From the NCBI GenBank assembly GCA_030148865.1, contig JASBSR010000006.1, forward strand, positions 66,111 through 130,110: a DNA stretch of 64,000 nt, given 5' to 3'. Source of the stretch: Gammaproteobacteria bacterium (GTDB lineage Bacteria > Pseudomonadota > Gammaproteobacteria > SZUA-229). The notes beneath the pieces are model-generated. The model saw only the letters and a list, made by a program, of their open reading frames with translations. It did not search any database and was not told the DNA's origin. Positions 43,687-54,200 of the stretch are shown here, piece by piece (the stretch's first letter is position 1; every line of letters starts with the position of its first letter). A program made the position numbers and the translations under genes.

Positions 43687-44262
43687 ATGAGTTTAGTGAT
43701 GCGTGGACTTGCCTGTGTTGTGTTGTCCTCTAGTGGCTTCTCATCCCAGGGCAGCGGTCAAGACAACACACTGGTAAAGTCACTTCAGGCCATGCGCATC
43801 ACTGCCCCCCGGCAGTATTTACCCGCACCCAACTTCACTCTCACGACGTTAGCCGGTCAAACACTTCAGCTTTCTCACTATCGGGGAAAAGTAGTGCTAT
43901 TGAATTTCTGGGCCAGTTTTTGCACACCCTGTCGCGAAGAAATGCCCGCACTGGAAGCCCTGTGGCAGGACTATCGCGAACAGGGTCTTGTGGTATTAGC
44001 CATCGCGGCAGATCGTGGCAGCATTGATCCAGTCCGTAGTTTCGTCGAAGCTGGTAACTATAGTTTCCCCATACCGCTGGATCCTGATGGTGTCGTACGT
44101 AAACAATACGAAGTCATGGCGTTACCCACCACTTATCTCATTGGACGTGAGGGTCATTTTACGGGACGAGTGCTGGGTGTACGAGAATGGAATAGCGCAC
44201 GAGGCAGAATGCTAGTGCAGAAATTATTACAGCAGACTATCTCGGGGTCGGATGTTCGTTAA
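43687..44262 (+). CDS. TlpA/ResA family thiol-disulfide oxidoreductase; start uncertain
   Basis: APNFTL, GKVVLLNFWASFCTPCREEMP, LPTTYLIGREG. Confidence 0.92.
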   Translation: MSLVMRGLACVVLSSSGFSSQGSGQDNTLVKSLQAMRITAPRQYLPAPNFTLTTLAGQTLQLSHYRGKVVLLNFWASFCTPCREEMPALEALWQDYREQGLVVLAIAADRGSIDPVRSFVEAGNYSFPIPLDPDGVVRKQYEVMALPTTYLIGREGHFTGRVLGVREWNSARGRMLVQKLLQQTISGSDVR

Positions 44263-44299
44263 ACCAGGGGTAGCACAGTCTGCCCCCCCAATTACTGTA

Positions 44300-45949
44300 T
44301 TATTGAGCTGCATCAGACAGATCGTTTGTCGCAGACCATTTCCATAAGCCGTCGGTAGTGCGCCTGCCGCTACCGGATCGACGATTCTCAAATTTGTCTT
44401 CTTTATGCTTTAGTCTTCTACTCCAGTTAACACGTCGCTCTGCGTTGGCAATGTGCTGGCTGCCTATGAAGTCAAACGAAGCTGACTGGGCACTGCCCAG
44501 TTGTGTCATGATAAAGGGCACGGGGAATGTTTCCAGGTATTCTTCCGGTAGACCCATGAGTTTTTCCTTAAATTTGTCGGGGGCAAACAGCATGGGTATG
44601 ATGTTGTTGTAATAAGCGGCTTTTTCGGTCATGCGCAGAATGTCGTCCCGGCATTCAATATATCCCAGTTCGCTCAGGCTGTTGATAAGATGTGCAAAAA
44701 CTACGTCGATTGAAATACCGTATTTGTATTTGAATTCGCTCAGGCTGATATATGTAAAGCGTAACTTGCTGGTGAGTTCCCGACATAGCTCCAGTTCCGG
44801 GTCCAGCTCATCCATAGTGGCTAATGGCAGTTTTCCTTCATTAATCATCTGGTAATATGATTTGAGGCTGGCTGTGTTTTGGTAGGCCTTTCGTGGGGCG
44901 TAACCCTGCGAATTTATACCCATCGCCACCAGGGGAAGATTGTCCCAGCGTCTGAGCTGGTGCCGATAGGACGCACGCTCAGGATCAATAAAGATATTTT
45001 GCAAAACGGGTTTATAACCCAGGCCTTTCAGATAGTCTTCTGCCTGGGCAAATTTAACGATCTTGTGCTCATAATGGTCATCGCGAGGTGGTTCAAGCTG
45101 CACTTTGCCTTCGCTTCGTTGCTTATCAAGGGCGTAGACAGAAAAGCTGGGGACTCCAATCTCATGGAAGCGTTTGAGTGTATTGATAAGAGTGTCATCC
45201 TCCTCGCCATCAAAGCCGTACATGGTGTCGACATTGACATTGCCGATGATATCAATAGCGTGTGACAGCTCCTCAACCGCCTGACTCACCGTGTAATCAC
45301 GGTTCATATTTGCAAGCAGTTTTTCGTCAAGCGTCTGTATGCCATAACTCAAACGGTTAACGCCCAGAGATTTTAATAATTCACATTTTTCTTTTGGTAA
45401 CGTGCCGGGAGCCGATTCAATGGTGATTTCAGCAAGCGGATCTATGCTGAAGTTATGGTGCAGGCTGCTGAAAATGCGTGTCAGTAGTTCATCGCTTAGA
45501 AAACTTGGCGTGCCGCCACCAAAATATATGGATTCACAGGTCTGCCCCCTGAGTGTATTACTGTAGAGCGTCATTTCTTTTATGAGGTGCTCAACATATT
45601 TTTCCGCTATGTCGATACCATGACCCGGGATGATGGCGTAATAGCAAAAACTGCACAGTGACTTGCAGAATGGGCTGTGTAAATAAATGGAATACCCGCC
45701 AGGGATAATCGAGGGTTCGATAAAAAGTTCATCGGCATGATCGGGTGGTGTTGATTTGCTCAGTAGCGGTGGCGGAAACACCCAGTCAAAACAGGGGAAA
45801 AAATCATTCTGCACGGTGAGCAGCTCAGGAAGTTTTCTTCTGATTGCTGATTTGCTGAATGGCGCCAGTTTTGCCGGACTTATATCATCAAGCTCTGGCG
45901 CTTTTATGAGACGAGATTTTTTATTAAAGAAGGGGCTGTTTTTTTTCAT
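44300..45949 (-). CDS. HemN-like radical SAM enzyme with N- and C-terminal extensions
   Basis: YLHSPFCKSLCSFC (CxxxCxxC), SIYFGGGTPS, EITIESAP, GVNRLSYGIQT. Confidence 0.85.
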   Translation of the reverse strand: MKKNSPFFNKKSRLIKAPELDDISPAKLAPFSKSAIRRKLPELLTVQNDFFPCFDWVFPPPLLSKSTPPDHADELFIEPSIIPGGYSIYLHSPFCKSLCSFCYYAIIPGHGIDIAEKYVEHLIKEMTLYSNTLRGQTCESIYFGGGTPSFLSDELLTRIFSSLHHNFSIDPLAEITIESAPGTLPKEKCELLKSLGVNRLSYGIQTLDEKLLANMNRDYTVSQAVEELSHAIDIIGNVNVDTMYGFDGEEDDTLINTLKRFHEIGVPSFSVYALDKQRSEGKVQLEPPRDDHYEHKIVKFAQAEDYLKGLGYKPVLQNIFIDPERASYRHQLRRWDNLPLVAMGINSQGYAPRKAYQNTASLKSYYQMINEGKLPLATMDELDPELELCRELTSKLRFTYISLSEFKYKYGISIDVVFAHLINSLSELGYIECRDDILRMTEKAAYYNNIIPMLFAPDKFKEKLMGLPEEYLETFPVPFIMTQLGSAQSASFDFIGSQHIANAERRVNWSRRLKHKEDKFENRRSGSGRRTTDGLWKWSATNDLSDAAQ

Positions 45950-46023
45950 AGTATTTTATTGTTCGTTATTATCACGATTTAAATTGGCGCGGATTCCAAG
46001 GAAACTCTGATATTATAAAAAAC

Positions 46024-46092
46024 TCATATCCTGATCGAACCGGGTGTGATGAAGTGAATTACCAGGCGGTGCTGGTTAATGGTTCTATTCAT
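46024..46092 (-). CDS. Putative 22-aa peptide MNRTINQHRLVIHFITPGSIRI upstream of the radical SAM gene
   Basis: GGGAGGA Shine-Dalgarno 8 nt before ATG; open to TGA; co-oriented with and 74 bp upstream of the radical SAM gene. Confidence 0.35.
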   Translation of the reverse strand: MNRTINQHRLVIHFITPGSIRI

Positions 46093-46513
46093 GATTTGAT
46101 TCCTCCCTCGCACATGTATGAGTAGCTACCCGTCATCTCTCTGGTCGGAAAACCTGAAGTGAGCGTGTTTTGTGGAAGTTTTCCAGTAGCTGATTGTGAT
46201 ATTTAGCGTACTATTTTTATATTCGACCGGTACGGTTCCTTAATACCACTGTGCAACAAATACGAATGTTTTTTTACGCCGTTTGTTCTGGCAATGCAAG
46301 AGTTTCAGTGATCTGGGGACTTTTTTACGCCTTTTATCTCGTCAGGTATGACATGACTGGCTGAAGCAGCATTTATTTGAGAATATTGCTCAAGCAACAG
46401 CGACCCAGCGGCCATGGCTTTACAATAACGACCGACCGAATACAGTAAATCACAAATTCTGGGGACACACGGCTAAGATCCGATCAGCACAATCAGGGTA
46501 AAACCCCAGGACT

Positions 46514-46780
46514 CTGGACCCCGGCCTGCGTCAGGGTGACGGCTTTTAGAGTTTATATATAAGTCAAAACAATGGATTCCCGCCACGAACATGCGGGAAG
46601 GATGAACACCGGGCTTCTGAAGAAATGCGTGTCACACGGCCCGCAAGGTAAGGCGCATAGATGCGCCACATAGTACCCACTACCACCAAAACTTAAAGAC
46701 ACTGGATTCCGGCCAGAAACACGCCGGAATGACAGAAGAGTAAAAAACATAGATCCTTCGCAAAAATACTCAGGATGACA
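46514..46780. repeat. Cluster of four co-oriented, divergent REP-like palindromes downstream of parC
   Basis: 46514-46542, 46573-46605, 46702-46734, 46751-46780, each of the form (G/A)GAY-stem-loop-stem-TGA(C). Confidence 0.7.
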
Positions 46781-46799
46781 GACTGGCTACAGCATGTAG

Positions 46800-49052
46800 C
46801 TAGTCTGTCACCTCAAACCTGTCTACATTGCGATACCCCTGCGGCAGCTTCAGTCCACGACGCCCACGCTCACCATCGAAATGATCCAGATCCGCTTTTT
46901 TCATATTCTTGAATTTTTTACCACTGTGCACGACCAGTGTTTTGCCAACTGGCACTACCGTCACCGCGGTAATCAATTCATCACCGGCTTTGAGTTTGGC
47001 CGAAGGCACATTGATAATTTTATTGCCCTTGCCTTTCGCCATTTGTGGTAAATCGGCGATCGGTGTGGCCAGCATGTGGCCTTCTGAACTCACAGCAACA
47101 ATGCGGTCACTGGTAAGATCCGAGACTTTTACCGCCTGCAACGCTTTCGCCTGTTTACCAACATTGAGCACGACCTTACCGGATTTGGTACGTGAGTGCA
47201 TCTCACCCAGAGTGGTGACAAAACCGTAACCGAAGTTGCTGGCGAGCAGCACCATTTCACCCGGTTCGCCGATTAGCACCGAGACGAACTGCGCGCCCGA
47301 AGGCGGTGTAAAATAACCGGTGAGCGGATCACCCTGACCGCGCGCCGAGGGTAATTTATGCGCGGGTAATGTGTAAGCACGGCCGCTGGCATCGAGGAAC
47401 ACTGCCATCTGATTGCTCTTGCCGGGCGCGTCGGCAAGAAAACTGTCGCCAGATTTATAACCGAGTTTGTTGGCGTCGATTTCGTGGCCTTTGGCGGCAC
47501 GCACCCAGCCTTTGGCAGAGAGCACGACGGTGATCGCTTCGCTGGAAATTAATGAGGTCTCCGACATCGCCTGCGCGGCATCGCGCGCCACCATGGGTGA
47601 GCGCCGAGCATCGCCGTACTTTTCAGCATCGGCCATAATCTCGTCACGAATCAATGTTTTAAGCCGTTTCGCCGAAGCCAGCAGAGCTTCCAAGGATTTG
47701 CGTTCGGCATCCAGTTCTTTTTGCTCGCCACGAATCTTCATTTCTTCGAGCCTGGCGAGGTGACGCAGTTTTAATTCCAGAATCGCTTCCGCCTGAGTGT
47801 CGCTGATTTTGAAACGCTGCATCAGCACCGGTTTGGGTTTGTCGTGTTCGCGAATAATGGCGATGACTTCGTCGATGTTTAAAAACGCGACCAGCAAACC
47901 TTCGAGAATGTACAGCCGGCTGGTAATTTTATCTAACCGCCATTGCAGACGACGGCGCACAGTGACGGTTCTGAATTTGAGCCATTCATCCAGCAGACCG
48001 AGCAGGTTTTTCACCTGTGGTTTGCCGTTGATGCCGATCATGTTGAGATTGACGCGATAGCTGCGTTCTAAATCGGTGGTCGCGAAAAGATGGTTCATCA
48101 GTTCGCCGGTGTCAATACGATGAGAGCGTGGCACAATAACTAAACGCGTGGGATTTTCGTGATCGGATTCATCGCGCAGGTCTGCGACCATGGGCAGTTT
48201 TTTCGCCAGCATTTGCTGCGCGATCTGTTCCAGAATTTTATTGCCCGAGACCTGATACGGCAGCGCGGTAATAATCACATCGCCGTGTTCGATTTCAAAG
48301 CGCGCGCGCTGGCGCACACTGCCGTGACCAGTTTTGTACATATCTTTGATAGCGGCGCGCGGGGTAATAATTTCGGCTTCGGTGGGAAAATCCGGCCCCT
48401 TGATGTGTTTGCAAATATCCGCCAGCGTGGCTTTGGGTGATTCCAGCAAATGCACGCAGGCACTAGCGACTTCGCGCAGATTATGCGGCGGAATATCCGT
48501 CGCCATCCCCACCGCGATGCCGGTGCCGCCGTTAAGCAAAACATTGGGCAGCCGCGCCGGCAGGGTTTGCGGCTCATCTAATGAACCGTCGAAGTTCGGC
48601 GTCCAGCTCACCGTGCCCTGGCCAAGTTCGCTCAACAATACTTCTGAATACGGTGCCAGCCGCGATTCGGTGTAGCGCATGGCAGCAAAAGATTTGGGGT
48701 CATCCGGCGAACCCCAGTTGCCCTGACCGTCGACCAACGGATAACGATACGAAAACGGCTGCGCCATCAGCACCATGGCCTCGTAACAGGCGCTGTCACC
48801 GTGGGGGTGATATTTACCCAGCACATCACCGACCGTGCGCGCCGATTTTTTATGCTTGCTGCTGCTCGCCAGACCCAGCTCGGACATGGCATAAATAATA
48901 CGCCGCTGCACCGGCTTTAAACCATCGCCGATATAGGGCAGCGCGCGGTCGAGAATCACGTACATCGAATAATCGAGGTAGGCTCTCTCAGTAAACACCG
49001 ACAGCGGCTGCTGTTCCGTATGTTCAAAATCGATTTTGGTCTGGTCGCTCAT
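46800..49052 (-). CDS. parC: DNA topoisomerase IV subunit A
   Basis: [28 protein letters not shown]. Confidence 0.97.
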   Translation of the reverse strand: MSDQTKIDFEHTEQQPLSVFTERAYLDYSMYVILDRALPYIGDGLKPVQRRIIYAMSELGLASSSKHKKSARTVGDVLGKYHPHGDSACYEAMVLMAQPFSYRYPLVDGQGNWGSPDDPKSFAAMRYTESRLAPYSEVLLSELGQGTVSWTPNFDGSLDEPQTLPARLPNVLLNGGTGIAVGMATDIPPHNLREVASACVHLLESPKATLADICKHIKGPDFPTEAEIITPRAAIKDMYKTGHGSVRQRARFEIEHGDVIITALPYQVSGNKILEQIAQQMLAKKLPMVADLRDESDHENPTRLVIVPRSHRIDTGELMNHLFATTDLERSYRVNLNMIGINGKPQVKNLLGLLDEWLKFRTVTVRRRLQWRLDKITSRLYILEGLLVAFLNIDEVIAIIREHDKPKPVLMQRFKISDTQAEAILELKLRHLARLEEMKIRGEQKELDAERKSLEALLASAKRLKTLIRDEIMADAEKYGDARRSPMVARDAAQAMSETSLISSEAITVVLSAKGWVRAAKGHEIDANKLGYKSGDSFLADAPGKSNQMAVFLDASGRAYTLPAHKLPSARGQGDPLTGYFTPPSGAQFVSVLIGEPGEMVLLASNFGYGFVTTLGEMHSRTKSGKVVLNVGKQAKALQAVKVSDLTSDRIVAVSSEGHMLATPIADLPQMAKGKGNKIINVPSAKLKAGDELITAVTVVPVGKTLVVHSGKKFKNMKKADLDHFDGERGRRGLKLPQGYRNVDRFEVTD

Positions 49053-49093
49053 AGTTTTGTATTCAATGTTGGTAGAAATAACTTTAAAACTTC

Positions 49094-49212
49094 AGTCCAC
49101 AGATGAACGCAGATAAACACAGATAAAATCGGTTGTGTGTTTGCGACCTGCGCCGCAGGCGCAGTTGAAATATTCGCATGTATCTGTGTTTATCTGCGTT
49201 CATCTGCGGACT
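49094..49212. repeat. Intergenic inverted-repeat cassette, 32-bp arms with 10-bp internal period and a central GC hairpin
   Basis: AGTCCACAGATGAACGCAGATAAACACAGATA (49094-49125) versus 49181-49212, one mismatch; central CCTGCGCCGCAGG. Confidence 0.9.
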
Positions 49213-49225
49213 ATATTTTTACCAT

Positions 49226-51109
49226 CTAAACAATCGCCAGATCGCCCTTGGTTTCCAGCCATTGCTTACGATCACCGGCGCGTTTTTTGGCGAGCAGCAT
49301 GTCCAGCATCTGGTTGCTGTCATCGCCAGTACCAATAGTAAGCTGTACCAGGCGGCGGGTGTCGGGTGACAGTGTGGTCACGCGTAGCTGCATCGGATTC
49401 ATTTCGCCCAGACCCTTAAACCGGGTGACCGACACCTTGCCCCTGATTTTTTCCGCTTCGATGCGGTCGATTACGCCCTGTTTTTCGGCTTCGTCGAGAG
49501 CGTAAAATACCTGTTTACCGACGTCGATACGAAACAGTGGCGGCATCGCGACATAAACGTGGCCAGCCTCGACCAGGGCGCGAAAATGCCGCAGGAACAG
49601 TGCACACAATAGCGTCGCAATATGATAGCCGTCCGAATCCGCATCGGCGAGGATACAGATTTTGCCGTAGCGCAGCTCTTTTAAATCAGAACTACCGGGT
49701 TCGATGCCGATGGCCACCGAAATATCGTGCACTTCCTGCGAAGCCAGCACCTGATCGGGTTCGACTTCCCAGGTGTTGAGAATTTTTCCGCGCAGCGGCA
49801 TGATCGCCTGAAACACGCGATCACGCGCCTGTTTCGCCGAGCCGCCGGCAGAATCACCTTCCACTAAAAATAACTCTGTCAGCGAATTATCCTGCGACGA
49901 ACAATCGGCGAGTTTGCCAGGCAATGCAGGCCCGGAAGTAATTTTTTTACGAATGACTTTTTTGCCGGCGCGCAACCGTTTTTGCGCATTTTCAATCGCC
50001 AGCATGGCGATGCCCTCGCCGGCTTCGGTGTGCTGGTTCAGCCACAGACTAAAGGCATCTTTGACCACACCGGAGACAAAGGCGGCGCACTCGCGCGATG
50101 ACAGACGCTCCTTGGTCTGCCCGGAAAATTGCGGATCTTCGAGTTTCACCGAGAGCACATAACACACCCGCTCCCAGACGTCTTCCGGGCTGAGTTTGAC
50201 GCCACGCGGCAACAAACTGCGAAATTCGCAGAATTCGCGCAGCGCTTCGGTTAAGCCCGTGCGCAAACCATTGACGTGCGTACCACCCTGCGCGGTCGGG
50301 ATTAAATTCACATACGACTCAGCCGTGACTTCGCCGTCATCGACCAGCCAGCACAACGCCCAGTCGACTTCTTCGTTGCTGCCTTTCATGCTGCTGGTGA
50401 AGGGGTCTTCGGGCAACAACTGTTTATCGAACAGACTTTCGCCGAGATAATCCTGCAGGCCGCCTTCGTATTTCCAGGATTCGGTTTCACCGGTTTTTTC
50501 TTCGTGAAATTCGACCATTAAGCCGGGGCACAGTACTGCCTTGGCGCGCAGCACATGCTTCAGTCGGGGCACAGAAAAATTCACCGAATCAAAATATTTT
50601 TTCTCCGGCCAGAAATGAATCATAGTGCCGGTATTGCGCTTGCCGACGCTACCGATTTTTTTCAGCTTGCCGGATTTGGCACCGTGTTTGAATGTCATTG
50701 CATAAACATCACCATCGCGCCGCACTTCGACGTCGAGTGTTGACGACAAGGCGTTCACTACCGAAACACCAACTCCGTGCAAACCGCCGGAGAACTGATA
50801 ATTCTTGTTGGAAAACTTGCCGCCTGCGTGCAATCGCGTGAGGATGACTTCGACCCCGGGAATTTTTTCTTCGGGGTGAACATCCACCGGCATGCCGCGA
50901 CCATCGTCGCGCACCGACAGCGAACCGTCTTTGTGCAGTGTCAGCTGTATCAAACTGGCGTGGCCGGCAACGGCTTCGTCGACACTGTTGTCGATCACTT
51001 CCTGGGCAAGGTGATTCGGGCGTGTGGTATCGGTGTACATACCGGGGCGTTTTTGCACCGGCTCCAGGCCGGTTAATACCTCGATCGCCGAGGCATCGTA
51101 TTTACTCAT
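49226..51109 (-). CDS. parE: DNA topoisomerase IV subunit B
   Basis: EVIDNSVDE, GGLHGVG, LVEGDSAGGS, PLRGKILN, DADSDG. Confidence 0.97.
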   Translation of the reverse strand: MSKYDASAIEVLTGLEPVQKRPGMYTDTTRPNHLAQEVIDNSVDEAVAGHASLIQLTLHKDGSLSVRDDGRGMPVDVHPEEKIPGVEVILTRLHAGGKFSNKNYQFSGGLHGVGVSVVNALSSTLDVEVRRDGDVYAMTFKHGAKSGKLKKIGSVGKRNTGTMIHFWPEKKYFDSVNFSVPRLKHVLRAKAVLCPGLMVEFHEEKTGETESWKYEGGLQDYLGESLFDKQLLPEDPFTSSMKGSNEEVDWALCWLVDDGEVTAESYVNLIPTAQGGTHVNGLRTGLTEALREFCEFRSLLPRGVKLSPEDVWERVCYVLSVKLEDPQFSGQTKERLSSRECAAFVSGVVKDAFSLWLNQHTEAGEGIAMLAIENAQKRLRAGKKVIRKKITSGPALPGKLADCSSQDNSLTELFLVEGDSAGGSAKQARDRVFQAIMPLRGKILNTWEVEPDQVLASQEVHDISVAIGIEPGSSDLKELRYGKICILADADSDGYHIATLLCALFLRHFRALVEAGHVYVAMPPLFRIDVGKQVFYALDEAEKQGVIDRIEAEKIRGKVSVTRFKGLGEMNPMQLRVTTLSPDTRRLVQLTIGTGDDSNQMLDMLLAKKRAGDRKQWLETKGDLAIV

Positions 51110-51287
51110 ACGTCTTTCTCTTACTGATATGGCTCATGTCGATATGACTCATGGCGACGTGATCTGTGGTGCGATGCATAACTGCATTCTTCTAATGATG
51201 AAAGGGGCATTGTACTGCATCGTTGGTGGTTTGTAGCCGTCAGAAACGAGAATTCTGCAACAGTTCCTTCGCACTGCAGAAAGCTAT

Positions 51288-54200
51288 ATGCTTGCCGCTA
51301 TGTCTGCCAACTCCAGCCCAGCTTCCAGCCTGATCGCCTCGCAACCCGATATCAACGCCACGGTATCGGCCTCGGCTGGCAGCGGTAAAACCTGGTTATT
51401 AGTCACGCGCATCCTGCGTTTGCTGCTCGCCGGTGCCAAGCCGGGCAGTATTCTGGCACTCACTTTCACCCGCAAGGCGGCGGCCGAAATGCAACTGCGG
51501 CTGCGTGATCGGCTGTTCGAGATGGCCACGGTCGATGCCACCCGGCTGAAACAGTTACTCGCCGACATCGAAACCGATCCCAGCAGCGACGTTATCGCCC
51601 GCGCGCGTGGTCTATACGAAACCCTGCTGCACGCGCTGTATCCGGTACGTCTGTGCACCTTTCATTCTTTCTGTCAGGATATTCTTTCGCGGTTCCCACT
51701 GGAAGCGGATGTTCCACCGGGGTTTGAGCTGCTCGAAGACAGCAGTCTGTTATTGCAACAGGCCTGGGAAGCACTGTTTGCCGACGCCACACGTGCACCT
51801 GATGGTGAGCTCGCGCAGGCACTCGATGCCTTGATGATTGCTGCCGGTGGCCCCGCCAATACCCGTAGCGCATTGTTCAGCATGCTCGAACATCGCAGTG
51901 ACTGGTGGGCATATTGTGAAACGCAAAGCGACCCTGTTGGTTTTGCGCGCGCACAACTTGCAAAAATTTTGCAATTTGACGACACACGCGAACCAATTTC
52001 AGAGTTTTTTAACAGTGAAATGCTGCAGGCGCTGCGCAAATTTGCAAATTTATTGCAAAAACACGCGACCGCCACCAATAAACAACATGTTTGTCTGATT
52101 GAAAGCGTGTCAGAGCGCGTAGAATTCGATTTAAGCGACTTTAATAAAATTCGCACCGCGTTTCTCACCGCAAACAATACGCCGCGTGCGCGCAAATCCA
52201 GCAAGTCTCAGCAGAAAAACATGGGGGCTGATGCTGAACAATGCTTGCTTGAATTACACCAACACATTTGTCAGCAATGTCTCACCACGATTGAACTACA
52301 ACTACGGCAGCAAACCTGTCGCGTCAACTCGGCCTGGTATTTTGCCGGCGCACACTTCATCGAAATTTTTCAACGTCTGAAACGCGAACAACGGCTGCTC
52401 GATTTCACTGATCTGGAATGGAACTGTTACCAGTTGCTCAACACTTCGGACAATGCGCTCTGGGTGCAGTACAAAATCGATCAACGCATCGACCATATTT
52501 TAATCGACGAATTCCAGGACACCAATCCCACGCAATGGCATTTACTGTCACCACTGCTGGAAGAAATGGCGGCGAGTGCAAGTGATCGCTGGCGCAGTGT
52601 GTTTCTGGTCGGCGATGAGAAACAGTCGATTTACGCATTTCGCCGGGCCAATCCCGCATTGCAGTCACAGGCTTCCAGCTGGCTGGCTCAGCATCTTGGC
52701 GCAGTCGCGACGCCGCTGGATTATTCCTGGCGCTCATCGCCGGCGATTATCGATGCTGTCAATGCGGTGTTTATGGCTGAGGAACGCAGGCAGCGGCTAC
52801 CCGGTTTTACCAGGCATGGCACTCACCGAGACGACCTGCCCGGCAGTGTCACGCTCATGCCTCTGTTCGCAGCGGATGAAACTGAAGCCCCTCAGCTAAC
52901 AGGATTGCGCAACCCTCTGTTGCAGGCACGCCCCCCGACGGTGGCCAGTGCTCACGACAAAGAAGCGCACTGGCTGGCGAACGAAATCAAACAGCTGGTA
53001 CACAGCGGCAGAGCAACCTACGGCGATATTTTAATTCTGACGCGCAGCCGTTCCCATATCGCAGCTTATGAAAATGCCCTGCGGCGGCAACACATTCCAT
53101 TCATTGGTAATCAGCGTGGCAGTCTGTTACAAAATCTTGAAATCGAGGATATGGAAAAACTGCTCGATACCCTGATTACACCGTACAATAATCTGGCGCT
53201 GGCGCAGGTGCTGAAATCACCCATTTTCGCCGCCAGCGATGATGATCTGATTATGCTGGCGAGCATGCCCGGTAAACAACGCTGGTATACGCGGCTGCTA
53301 ACCCTGGTCGACACCCTGCCCGCTGAACAACCACTAGCACGCGCCGCGAATTTATTGCAAGGCTGGCGCGCGCTGGCTGACACCGTGCCGGTGCACGATT
53401 TACTCGACCACATCTTTGCCGAAGCCAGCATCGTCGCACGTTATACCGCATCGGTGCCGGACGACCAGCAACCACGCGTGAGCGCCAATCTACGCTATTT
53501 TCTGGAACTGTCGCTCGACATCGACAGCGGGCGTTACCCGAGTCTGATGCATTTTTTGCATCGCCTGCGCAATCTGCGTGCTGACGAAAACTGTGCACCT
53601 GATGAACCCGTGACCAGCAGTCCTGATTGCGTACGCTTTCTTACGATTCACGCCAGTAAAGGACTGGAAGCACCGATTGTGTTTCTCGCCGACAGCAATA
53701 GCCGCAACAGCGCCAGTGATGCCAATACTGCCCTGGTCGAATGGCCAGCAGACAGCGCTCGCCCGAGTGTGTTTCAGCTGGCGCTGAGTCAGGCCAATAC
53801 CGATAATCACAGCCGCGAGGCACAGACACGCAAAGTCGCCGCGCAGGAACGTGAAAACCTGAATTTGCTCTATGTTGCCCTCACCCGCGCACGTCAGCAT
53901 TTATATATTTCTGGTGCCAGCAGTCAGCGGCTCAGCCACTGGCAAACCCTGCTGAACCATGGCATGCAGCAACTGGCGACTGCGGATGCAGATGATATTC
54001 TGCGCCATGAGTTCGGCGATCTGTCTGCTGAGCCGCAACAAAATGCAGCAGAAAAAAAATCAGGCGCCGACACCCCCGCATTCGACCCGGCCCTGCTCAC
54101 CCGTCTGCAACAACCCGTGCAGCAGTTACCGCAAGCCATGCTCAGCATCGCGCCCAGCCGTAGCGATGGCGCACCTGGCGACTACAGCAATCACGACGAT

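Noticed and set aside
45982-46026. Selenocysteine read-through of the TGA ending the 22-aa ORF
   Set aside because: No SECIS-like hairpin or redox motif evident, and the extension stops after 13 codons.
51127-51160. Imperfect 15-bp tandem duplication upstream of parE
   Set aside because: Only two degenerate copies; no supporting context.
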